The notes under the pieces were generated by a model. That model did not search any database, had not been told where the DNA came from, and saw only the letters and a list, made by a program, of their open reading frames with translations. A stretch of DNA of 64,000 nucleotides from Candidatus Kaelpia imicola (lineage in GTDB: Bacteria > Omnitrophota > Gorgyraeia > Kaelpiales > Kaelpiaceae), in assembly GCA_030765505.1 (NCBI GenBank), contig JAVCCL010000043.1:69686-133685 (forward strand). Direction: 5' to 3'. Below are positions 55,186 through 64,000 of the stretch, in pieces; position 1 is the stretch's first letter, and each line of letters starts with the position of its first letter. The position numbers and the translations under genes are program-made.

Positions 55186-56867
55186 TGAAAAAAGTAAAAA
55201 TATACCTTATAACATCTGTTGTTCTAATAGGTGTTATTCTATCTCTTTCAGGGTTTTTCTGGAGGTTTGAGAAGTCCGTTCTTTCAAGATATCTGAAAGA
55301 TGAAGATATTTCTGCCAGTCAGATTGTGGTAGTCACTTTAACTGAGGAGAATTTTAGAGAGAGAGAGCTTTGGCCCTGGGGTAGTAATTGGTTGGATTAT
55401 CTCATTACTTATATTCTGGATTTTAAGCCCAACAAGTTGGTTTTAAATCCTGATTTTGTCGAAAGTGCCAAAGATATAAAAGGGTTTAATAAATTTTTAC
55501 AGAATGATAAGGTGATTATCCCATTTGCAGAGAATATCAAAGATTTAAAAACGGAATTCAAGACCCACATGGTATACGGCAAGGAGAATGGGCTCCTCTA
55601 TTCATTTACCAATTACAAAGATATGCCTAGTGTAGATTTTGCTCTTAAAGGGGATGGTGAGAGAGCAGCGTTGAGTAAAAGAGGAAAGTTTTATTTTCTT
55701 CTCCAAGAGAATGTCAGAGTTGTCCCCGCATCTAATATTGCCCTTTTCGGCATGCTGAAAAAAGAGGGTTACCGCGATAACAATATAGCCGATCTTAGTA
55801 ATAGCATAGTGTTTTTAAGTAAAGACGGGGGTTCTCTGCCAGAGTTATATTCATTTTTATATGCTTTATTGAACCACAGGACCTTCTCTGTTCTACCTGT
55901 GGAGTTTACAATATATATTGGGATTTTCATCTTTTCTATTGTCTGTATTATGTTGAAGTCACTTAAGTTTAAGCATCTCTTTATTATTTTTTCATTGATA
56001 TTTTTTGGCTGGTTTGCATTCCAGAGACTCTATTTCACTATTAGCAGGAATTATATTGAGTTAATACCAGTCTCTATATTTGCGCTGCTAGCTCTTGCAG
56101 TTGTTGTTTTTGAAAAAGAGTATAATAGCAGAGTTTGCAAGAAAGAGAGAAAAGATACTCAACTGGCACGACTTCTCAAAGAGAGAGAGGTTTTACCTAA
56201 TGCGGTCTTAAGTTCTAATGGTGCCTTAGTTAGCGTAAATCGCTATAAGATGGATTTTGTCGGAGGGGATTTTTATCAATTTCTGGAATTTTCTAAAGGT
56301 GAATTAGGAGTTGTTATAGGCTGGGTTCCAGGCAGCGGGATAGAGAGGGTGGAGTATATTATGGAGGTAGTACATAGTTGGAGAGATTTTGCTTCTGTCT
56401 ATAAAGAGCCAAGTAAGGTTATACAGGTTCTGAATAACAGTATGTTCAGATATGCAGAGCAGGCCAAGTATGCAACTTTAGCATACGTTCTATACGATGC
56501 AAAGAAGAGCAACTTAAGATATGTCAACGCTGGGCACGACCCTTTGATATTTGTCAATGGAGACGGGGTTGTAAATATCCTTGCTGCAGAAGAACCTACC
56601 CCTCTGGGTATAGCCAGAGATGTTCCTTTTAAAGAGGAGGAGGTCTCTGTAAAAGGTAATGCTATGCTTATTGGATATAGCGGCGGTATTGCAAAGATAC
56701 TCTCCAGAAGCGGCGGTATAACCGATAAGTTTTTAGGGCATCTTAAGGATTGCTTGAAAGATAAGAGAGAGAGAGTTACAGATGATATATTCAAAGAGTT
56801 TCTCAATTACTGTTCTAAGAAACCGGAGGAAGAATGGTCTTTACTCACTTTAAAAATAACGGCATAA
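55185..56867 (+). CDS. Membrane sensor protein: CHASE2-like extracytoplasmic domain + 3 TM + PP2C/SpoIIE-type Ser/Thr phosphatase
   Basis: Topology is TM1, a ~230-aa extracytoplasmic domain, a ~80-aa hydrophobic region (likely three TM helices), then GGDFYQF...VIGWVPGSG, a metal-binding PP2C motif as in RsbU/SpoIIE. Its start overlaps the dapB stop (ATGA). Confidence 0.6.
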   Translation: MKKVKIYLITSVVLIGVILSLSGFFWRFEKSVLSRYLKDEDISASQIVVVTLTEENFRERELWPWGSNWLDYLITYILDFKPNKLVLNPDFVESAKDIKGFNKFLQNDKVIIPFAENIKDLKTEFKTHMVYGKENGLLYSFTNYKDMPSVDFALKGDGERAALSKRGKFYFLLQENVRVVPASNIALFGMLKKEGYRDNNIADLSNSIVFLSKDGGSLPELYSFLYALLNHRTFSVLPVEFTIYIGIFIFSIVCIMLKSLKFKHLFIIFSLIFFGWFAFQRLYFTISRNYIELIPVSIFALLALAVVVFEKEYNSRVCKKERKDTQLARLLKEREVLPNAVLSSNGALVSVNRYKMDFVGGDFYQFLEFSKGELGVVIGWVPGSGIERVEYIMEVVHSWRDFASVYKEPSKVIQVLNNSMFRYAEQAKYATLAYVLYDAKKSNLRYVNAGHDPLIFVNGDGVVNILAAEEPTPLGIARDVPFKEEEVSVKGNAMLIGYSGGIAKILSRSGGITDKFLGHLKDCLKDKRERVTDDIFKEFLNYCSKKPEEEWSLLTLKITA

Positions 56868-57658
56868 GTAATTCTAAAAAAAATAACGCTATTGGAGAAG
56901 ATGGATCAAAAAATATTTCCGGAATAACAGAGCTTCTCTTTGAAGGGCTTAGCAGTTTAGAGAGAGGAATGTTTGGCTTAGATAGAGATATCTCTACTCC
57001 CGCCGGTAAGATAGATATTATGGCGGTGGATATGATTGGAAGATTTGCCATTGTTGAAGTCGGAGAGGGAGAGGTTAATGATTTGATATTCAAATCTATC
57101 GACCACTTTGATTGGGCGCTTACGAATATAAAGAGTCTTCAGGAGAGATATAAATCTTACAATATAGACCCTACTCTCGCTCCCAGAATTATCATACTTG
57201 CGCCTTCTTATTCAGAGAAATTTGTCAAGAGAGCTCATTATCTTAATCCTACTTTTATTGATATCTATGAGTATCAGATTAATGAGAGTCTGGGTATAAA
57301 GAAGATCTATTTCAGGCCTTTCTCTTTTATAAATCACAAAAAATGGATTGTCTATTTAAGAACAAAATCGGTAGACGATCATCTTAAGTATGTAGAGAAT
57401 GAATATTTAAAGAGTATACTAAAGAATTTTTTCATTGAACTGCAGTCTATAAGAAGCGATGCTACTTTAGATACCTCTTTAGGCTATATAAGGCTTAGAG
57501 ATAAGAATGATAATACCCTTTTAGGGATATATATATTGAAGAATTCTTTTTGGATTAATTGGAGCAGGTATAGATGGGATGGTTATTTTATCTCCAGTAG
57601 AGAAAAATTTCAGACGGTAAAGCGTGACGTTTTAGAAGCTATAAGAAGGAAGGCTTAA
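56834..57658 (+). CDS. Hypothetical protein with a PD-(D/E)xK nuclease-like core motif
   Basis: GKIDIMAVDMIGRFAIVEVGEGE resembles NucS/Hjc-type restriction-endonuclease-fold cores. No confident family assignment. Confidence 0.35.
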   Translation: MVFTHFKNNGISNSKKNNAIGEDGSKNISGITELLFEGLSSLERGMFGLDRDISTPAGKIDIMAVDMIGRFAIVEVGEGEVNDLIFKSIDHFDWALTNIKSLQERYKSYNIDPTLAPRIIILAPSYSEKFVKRAHYLNPTFIDIYEYQINESLGIKKIYFRPFSFINHKKWIVYLRTKSVDDHLKYVENEYLKSILKNFFIELQSIRSDATLDTSLGYIRLRDKNDNTLLGIYILKNSFWINWSRYRWDGYFISSREKFQTVKRDVLEAIRRKA

Positions 57659-57661
57659 GGT

Positions 57662-58828
57662 ATGGTTAAATATGAGGTTGCCCGGCGGCTTAAAGAATTA
57701 CCCCCTTATCTTTTTGTTGAAATAGATAGGATTAAAAAGAGATTAAAGAGCGAAGGCAGAGATCTTATAGACCTGGGTATTGGAGATCCTGATCTTCCTA
57801 CACCTCCCCGGATAAGAGAAGTTTTAAAAGAGAGGCTCAAAGATCAGGTTAATCATCAGTATCCTTTGGATTTAGGATTGAGTATCTTTAGAGCAGAGAT
57901 ATCCAAGTGGTTCTCAAAGAGATTTGATGTTCAGATAGATTCTGAAAATGAGATTCTGCCTTTGATAGGTTCTAAAGAAGGGATTGCCCATTTTCCGCTC
58001 TCTGTTATTAATCCCGGTGATTCAGTATTGATACCGGAACCGCTCTATCCTCCTTACCGTAGCGGAGCGATATTTGCAGGTGCCCGGATATACTATCTCC
58101 CGCTTAAAGAAGAGAATAATTTTATACCGGATTTTGAAGGTTTGAACAGGGATGTTTTAAAAAAAGTCAAACTGCTCTATCTGAATTATCCCAATAATCC
58201 CACTGCGGCAATTATCAAAAAAGAGGATCTTAAAAGAATTGTTGATCTGGCCCGGGAATTTGAGTTTATAGTGCTCTATGATGCTGCTTACTCTGAATTG
58301 ACCTACGGTTCTTCCGGAGCTTGCAGCATCCTGGAAGTTAAAGGTGCATCTGAGGTTGCTATAGAGTTTCACTCTTTCTCTAAGACCTACAACATGACCG
58401 GGTGGCGTATTGGCTGGGCTTGCGGAAATGAGAATCTTATTGAGTATTTAAGAAAGGTGAAATCGAATATAGATTCCGGAGTATTTAACCCCATACAGTA
58501 TGCGGCTATAGAGGCACTCAGGATATATGATACTCATATTACAGAGCTTAGAGAGATATATAGAGAGAGGAGAGATATCTTTATCCAGACTCTATCCAAA
58601 TCCGGCTGGGATATCAAAGCTCCGGAAGCTACTTTTTATGTTTGGGCGAAGATTCCCTCTGAGACGAATTCTGCGGATTTTGCCAAGTTGCTGCTTGAGG
58701 AATGTTTTATTATCGCTACTCCCGGTTCCGGGTTCGGTCCCTCAGGAGAAGGCTATTTAAGGTTCTCGTTAGTTAATGATAAGAGCCGTATTGAAGAGGC
58801 TGCTGAGAGGATTGCCAAAGTATTGTGA
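57662..58828 (+). CDS. dapL: Class I PLP aminotransferase, probable LL-diaminopimelate aminotransferase (DapL)
   Basis: Aminotransferase class I/II fold with PLP lysine in SFSKTYNMTGWRIG. Operon context with dapA, dapB, dapF and lysA, and no dapD/dapC/dapE in the window. Confidence 0.7.
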   Translation: MVKYEVARRLKELPPYLFVEIDRIKKRLKSEGRDLIDLGIGDPDLPTPPRIREVLKERLKDQVNHQYPLDLGLSIFRAEISKWFSKRFDVQIDSENEILPLIGSKEGIAHFPLSVINPGDSVLIPEPLYPPYRSGAIFAGARIYYLPLKEENNFIPDFEGLNRDVLKKVKLLYLNYPNNPTAAIIKKEDLKRIVDLAREFEFIVLYDAAYSELTYGSSGACSILEVKGASEVAIEFHSFSKTYNMTGWRIGWACGNENLIEYLRKVKSNIDSGVFNPIQYAAIEALRIYDTHITELREIYRERRDIFIQTLSKSGWDIKAPEATFYVWAKIPSETNSADFAKLLLEECFIIATPGSGFGPSGEGYLRFSLVNDKSRIEEAAERIAKVL

Positions 58829-59370
58829 GTAGAGCTTTTATCTCTTTGGGCTCAAACCTGGGTGACAGAAAGAAGATTCTGGAGTTATCTTTGGTTGAGC
58901 TGGGTAAGCTCTTTGAGCTAAAGGTTGTATCTTCGTTGTTTGAATCAGAACCATGGGGATATAAAGAGCAGAATGATTTTCTAAATGCTGTTGTTGAAAT
59001 AGAAGTAGCTGTCTCACCTCACGAGCTCCTGAGGCTGCTTAAAAACATAGAGAGAGATTTTGGCAGGGAGAGCGGCGGGTTAAGAATGGGCCCAAGAGCT
59101 CTGGACCTGGATATCCTGCTTTACGGTTCAAATGTTATTGATGGCCATGATCTAAAGATACCTCATCCGGGATTAAAGAAGAGATTTTTTCAACTTCTTC
59201 CTCTCCTTGAGTTAGCTCCAAGCGTTAAAGATCCTCTAAACGGTAAGAATTTTAAAGCAGAACTTGAAAACATTGGAAAAGATACTAGTATAAAGAAGAT
59301 AGCTGTTTTTAATAAAGATAATCTCTGTTGGGATGAAGATATTCAAAACTCCAAAATCATTACAGAGTAA
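58825..59370 (+). CDS. folK: 2-amino-4-hydroxy-6-hydroxymethyldihydropteridine pyrophosphokinase
   Basis: AFISLGSNLGDR N-terminus and EPWGY motif. Confidence 0.85.
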   Translation: MSRAFISLGSNLGDRKKILELSLVELGKLFELKVVSSLFESEPWGYKEQNDFLNAVVEIEVAVSPHELLRLLKNIERDFGRESGGLRMGPRALDLDILLYGSNVIDGHDLKIPHPGLKKRFFQLLPLLELAPSVKDPLNGKNFKAELENIGKDTSIKKIAVFNKDNLCWDEDIQNSKIITE

Positions 59371-60172
59371 TAATTTAGGATTAAAGCGGGAAGGTAAGAG
59401 TTTAGGTTTTATTCCCTCTATGGGCTATCTCCATCAAGGCCACATCAGCTTAATAAGAGCAGCAAGAAAAGAGAATGATACGGTTGTCTTAAGCATCTTT
59501 GTAAATCCTATTCAATTCTCTTCCGGAGAAGATTGTAAAAGATATCCAAGGGATTTTAAGAGAGATTGCAGTATTGCCAGGAATGAGGGTGTGGATATTC
59601 TTTTCTATCCTTCCAGTGATGAGCTTTATCCTCGAGGGTATTTAAGTTATGTTAAAGTTGACGGGTTATCGTCTCTTCTCTGCGGAAAGAGCAGGCCCAA
59701 TCATTTTAAAGGTGTTACTACGGTATGTGCGAAACTCTTCAATATAGTGCAGCCTGACCTGGTCTATTTTGGTCAGAAAGATGTTCAGCAGGCTATCATT
59801 ATCAGGCGCATGATAAAAGATTTGAATATGCCTTTTAAGATAAGAGTCTTACCGCTGTTAAGGGAGGAGAGCGGGCTGGCTATGAGTTCTAGGAATAAAT
59901 ATTTGAGTAAGACTGCAAGAGATAATGCAGCCAGTATATATAAAGCCTTAAAAGAGGCAAAGACCCTTTTTGAGAATGGACAGAGAGATGCAGTCAAAAT
60001 AAAAACTATATTTAAGAAGAAGATTAAAGAGATATCGAATGTCAGAATAGATTATGTAGATATTGTAGATAATGAGTCGTTAAAATCTCTGAGTGAAGTC
60101 AAAAAAAAATCTATTCTAGTTATTGCGATATGGATTGACAAAATTAGATTAATAGATAATATAGTTTTCTAA
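59333..60172 (+). CDS. panC: Pantoate--beta-alanine ligase
   Basis: GFIPSMGYLHQGHISL (HIGH-like) motif. Start overlaps folK by 38 nt. Confidence 0.9.
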   Translation: MKIFKTPKSLQSNNLGLKREGKSLGFIPSMGYLHQGHISLIRAARKENDTVVLSIFVNPIQFSSGEDCKRYPRDFKRDCSIARNEGVDILFYPSSDELYPRGYLSYVKVDGLSSLLCGKSRPNHFKGVTTVCAKLFNIVQPDLVYFGQKDVQQAIIIRRMIKDLNMPFKIRVLPLLREESGLAMSSRNKYLSKTARDNAASIYKALKEAKTLFENGQRDAVKIKTIFKKKIKEISNVRIDYVDIVDNESLKSLSEVKKKSILVIAIWIDKIRLIDNIVF

Positions 60173-60174
60173 TT

Positions 60175-60966
60175 ATGAAAGTCGGTATTATAGGTCTGGG
60201 TACAATAGGAAGTTCTGTTATAGAGCGTGTTCTCTCTAAATATAGCTCTTCTTTAGAGGAAGTCTATATTTATGATGTAGAGAAGAGCAGCATCCGATCA
60301 GTTCTAAATAGTTATAGTTGGGCTAAAAGTCTGGATAGCCTTAAAGAGGTGGTAGCGGAGTCCGATTTTTTAATAGAGACAGCTTCAGCTTCCTGTGTTA
60401 AAGATCTTATGCCTCTGGTTGTTAAATATAGAAGGGATATTCTGGTTATGAGTACGGGTGGACTTCTTAAAGTTAAAGATTTACTATCTCAGGCAGAAGA
60501 TATGGGCGTTGAGGTTATAATACCTCAAGGGGCCATTGCGGGTTTAGATGCAATTGAGGCGATTAGAGATTGGGGAATAGATAGTATAAGACTCTCCAGC
60601 TATAAGCCTCTTAGGGCTCTTAATAATGCGCCCTATGTTGTTAATAATAATATAAAGTTGGAAAATTTATATAGAGGTCTTGTTTTTAAAGGTGGTGTTA
60701 GTGAGGCAACAGAAGGATTTCCGAAAAGCATAAATGTCTCTGCTGCACTTCTTCTCCTGTCCGGTTTAGATGATATAGAGGTCAATATATATCTCTCTGG
60801 AGATAATAGCACTATAACCCATATAATCGAAGTTGAATCTAAGATATCCAGACTAAAGATTGAATGCAGGAATTACCCCTCCAGCAGTAATCCCAAGACT
60901 TCGGCTCTAGCAATTTGCTCAGCCGTTATAGAAGCAAAGAGATATATAGATAGGCATTTAAAATGA
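60175..60966 (+). CDS. nadX: L-aspartate dehydrogenase (NadX-like)
   Basis: MKVGIIGLGTIG, PQGAIAGLDA, FPKSINVSAA and NPKTSALA match the T. maritima NadX layout. Confidence 0.65.
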   Translation: MKVGIIGLGTIGSSVIERVLSKYSSSLEEVYIYDVEKSSIRSVLNSYSWAKSLDSLKEVVAESDFLIETASASCVKDLMPLVVKYRRDILVMSTGGLLKVKDLLSQAEDMGVEVIIPQGAIAGLDAIEAIRDWGIDSIRLSSYKPLRALNNAPYVVNNNIKLENLYRGLVFKGGVSEATEGFPKSINVSAALLLLSGLDDIEVNIYLSGDNSTITHIIEVESKISRLKIECRNYPSSSNPKTSALAICSAVIEAKRYIDRHLK

Positions 60967-60980
60967 TCTATGTTCAATAG

Positions 60981-62573
60981 ATGATTAAATCCACTTCGTT
61001 TCGCAGCGGGGTTTTTATCGTACTCTTCTTAGCTCTTCTTTTAGCTTTTGCCAACTATCTATACCTTTTAAAGTCCGACGATATTTTTACAGGTGATCAA
61101 GTAGCTCATATTACAAATAGTGTCAGGTGTTACAGGTCTGGGTTTGATATTTTTAATAAGAGACAGGGCTTTGCTCTCTATCTTATATCTTCTCTTCTTT
61201 ATCATCTCTTTCCTTTAAACTATTATACAGCAATTCTCTCCAATATTTTTTTCTCTCTTCTGTTATTCGGATCTGTGTATGCAATGGTTCTAAAGATTAA
61301 ACAAAAAAAATCCGCTGCTATGTTTGCAGCATTTTTAATTGCAGTCTATCCGATAAGCTTTGGGCTTTCACGTTTTTATCTTCTGGAATATTCGTTAATG
61401 TCCTGGGTTGCATTGTTCTACATGCTTCTTCTCTATTGTAATAATTTTAAGAATAGGTTCTATACTGTATTAGCGGCGCTTGTCCTCGGCTTAGGCCCGA
61501 TTACAAAAGAGTCTTTCTTTATATATGTAATCCCGGTTATCATCTATAAATTCTGTCTTGTTATTAAAGATAGAAGCGTAAACATAGAGAGGATTAGACT
61601 TAACCTGCTCTTTTTTCTTTCGTTTTCTTTTCTGGCCAGTTTCTGGTTTTTCTCCAGCCCCAAGGGTATTATCAACGAAGGTCTATGTAGATTATTGAGA
61701 GAGGGAGGCAATAATCCTGATATTAGTTGGTTCTCTTTAAGAAACATTACTTTCTATCTATATCCATTGGTTGATTTCAATCTCTCTCCTTTTTATGCTT
61801 TTTTGTTCGTTTCGGCTCTAGTGGTATTTTTCAAGAACAGATTTAAATTTAAACGGGAATTGGTCATCTGGTTTATTATGCCTTTTATTATATTCTCTCT
61901 CTTTCCCTGGAAGCTGGCCAGATATATTGCGGCGGTTACTCCTGCAGCAGCGGTAATTACATCTTTAGGAATAAGCACTTTTGGGAAATACCTGCGCCGG
62001 TCTCTATATCTATTCTCTGTTATCTTTGGTTTGGTGCAGTTTCTTACCTTAAGTTACGGTCTCTATCCTTTTAAAGCAAATTGTTTTATAAGAACAGAGT
62101 TTTTAAGTAAACTCTTTTCACTGACTCCGAATAGATATTGCGAAGATTTTGAAATAGCTACTCCTAATAAATCCTATAGCGGGTCTTTAGAGATTCTTGA
62201 TGCTTTCGATGAGTTCAGGATAAATATGGCAGGAGGGGCGGAACCTGAGGAGATTAAGGTCTGCAGGGTGCTCAATGTAAAGTCTAAATCCGGTTATTCA
62301 GTAGAGCATTCGATATCTTCTATGCTGCCTTACTTCAATGAAGTTAAAGGCCACTATTCAATAGATTATTGTTATCTGGATGAGAGTAGAGTTTTGAACT
62401 ATTTTGAAGGCAGCAGGGTAGAAGATTTAGATAAATTCGATATCTTTTTATTTTATCAGCCCGAATTATCTCTCTATATTGAAGGTAATCTAAGACTCTA
62501 CAAAGAGTTGAGTTATAAAACCGGAAATATAGATAGAAGTATCAGCATCTTCTATGATGCTGATAAATATTAG
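60981..62573 (+). CDS. GT-C fold membrane glycosyltransferase (PMT_2/ArnT-like), paralog 6
   Basis: TM1 followed by DDIFTGDQVAHI, about 11 TM helices, and a ~150-aa C-terminal domain. Confidence 0.5.
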   Translation: MIKSTSFRSGVFIVLFLALLLAFANYLYLLKSDDIFTGDQVAHITNSVRCYRSGFDIFNKRQGFALYLISSLLYHLFPLNYYTAILSNIFFSLLLFGSVYAMVLKIKQKKSAAMFAAFLIAVYPISFGLSRFYLLEYSLMSWVALFYMLLLYCNNFKNRFYTVLAALVLGLGPITKESFFIYVIPVIIYKFCLVIKDRSVNIERIRLNLLFFLSFSFLASFWFFSSPKGIINEGLCRLLREGGNNPDISWFSLRNITFYLYPLVDFNLSPFYAFLFVSALVVFFKNRFKFKRELVIWFIMPFIIFSLFPWKLARYIAAVTPAAAVITSLGISTFGKYLRRSLYLFSVIFGLVQFLTLSYGLYPFKANCFIRTEFLSKLFSLTPNRYCEDFEIATPNKSYSGSLEILDAFDEFRINMAGGAEPEEIKVCRVLNVKSKSGYSVEHSISSMLPYFNEVKGHYSIDYCYLDESRVLNYFEGSRVEDLDKFDIFLFYQPELSLYIEGNLRLYKELSYKTGNIDRSISIFYDADKY

Positions 62574-62634
62574 TGCTTGCAAAGAGGTCTCTTTGTTGTT
62601 AAAATTCTTTCTCAAATCGGCTATAAAATAATAA

Positions 62635-63663
<1,029 letters not shown>

Positions 63664-63691
63664 TTTAAAGTAGATAATTTGAAAAATAGAT

Positions 63692-63725
63692 AAATAGAAG
63701 GTATCGGGTCTTAAAACCCCATACC
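63692..63725 (+). terminator. Possible intrinsic terminator after gap
   Basis: aggtatcggg and ccccatacct form a 9/10-bp stem with an 8-nt loop, followed by a weak T-rich tail. Confidence 0.3.
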
Positions 63726-63738
63726 TTGCGCTGTTTTA

Positions 63739-64000
63739 TGCATATTCTGATAACGAATCCTTTTGGAATCGGTGATGTTCTATTCAGCCTTCCTATGGTC
63801 TATGCTCTTAAAAGAGAGTATCCTAACAGCAGAATAGATTATATTTGCAACAGAAGAGTAGCTGATATTCTAAGAGCGCAAGAAGATATAGAGAGAGTAT
63901 ATGTATATGAAAAAGATGAATGGCGTGATAGGTTTTCACAGTCAAAGTTAAAAGCAGTTAGAGATTTCAGAGGTTTTCTTAAAGTGATAAAGAGAGAGAG
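63739..64000 (+). CDS. Glycosyltransferase family 9 (heptosyltransferase-like), N-terminal fragment truncated by window end
   Basis: MHILITNPFGIGDVLFSLPMVYALKREYP matches the GT9 (RfaF/WaaC-like) N-terminus. Confidence 0.5.

Overview
This is a 64-kb AT-rich bacterial chromosomal window with the standard genetic code: TAA, TAG and TGA are all used as stops, and genes are densely packed and often overlap. From start to end it contains: a lipoprotein gene; a cobalamin-riboswitch-controlled btuB-btuF-btuC-btuD B12 import operon; an SDR epimerase and a decayed rfbB remnant; a HAD hydrolase; the hrcA-grpE-dnaK-dnaJ heat-shock operon with a perfect CIRCE operator; a DUF1015-like gene, accD, thpR and a cinA C-terminal-domain gene; leuD, leuB, asd and an SNF transporter; and truA leading into a first glycan/lipid-modification operon (methyltransferase, GT2, AsnB-like amidotransferase, GT-C membrane transferase, and a 977-aa B12-binding radical SAM fusion protein). 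These are followed by an orphan PAS histidine kinase; tRNA-Arg(ACG), tadA, tRNA-Ser(GCU), dnaX and recR; two small unknown genes; and argD and argF. Between argF and argG-argH sits an ~11-kb accessory island: two GT-C-like membrane genes on the + strand, then, on the - strand, a third GT-C gene followed by a - strand operon of two B12-binding radical SAM genes, a GT-C gene, a GT2 gene and a methyltransferase. After argG-argH come the DapL-route lysine genes (lysA, dapF, dapA, dapB, dapL) with a CHASE2-PP2C sensor phosphatase and a nuclease-like unknown embedded in the operon, then folK, panC, a NadX-like aspartate dehydrogenase, a sixth GT-C paralog, gap and a partial GT9 heptosyltransferase gene. 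The most notable feature is the duplicated module of GT2 + SAM methyltransferase + GT-C membrane transferase + class-B B12/radical-SAM enzymes. One copy splits the arginine operon. That split coincides with a nonsense codon in argF, an in-frame TGA in the flanking GT-C gene, and a complete btuB-btuF-btuC-btuD B12 uptake system in the same window. No CRISPR array, IS element or integrase was seen.
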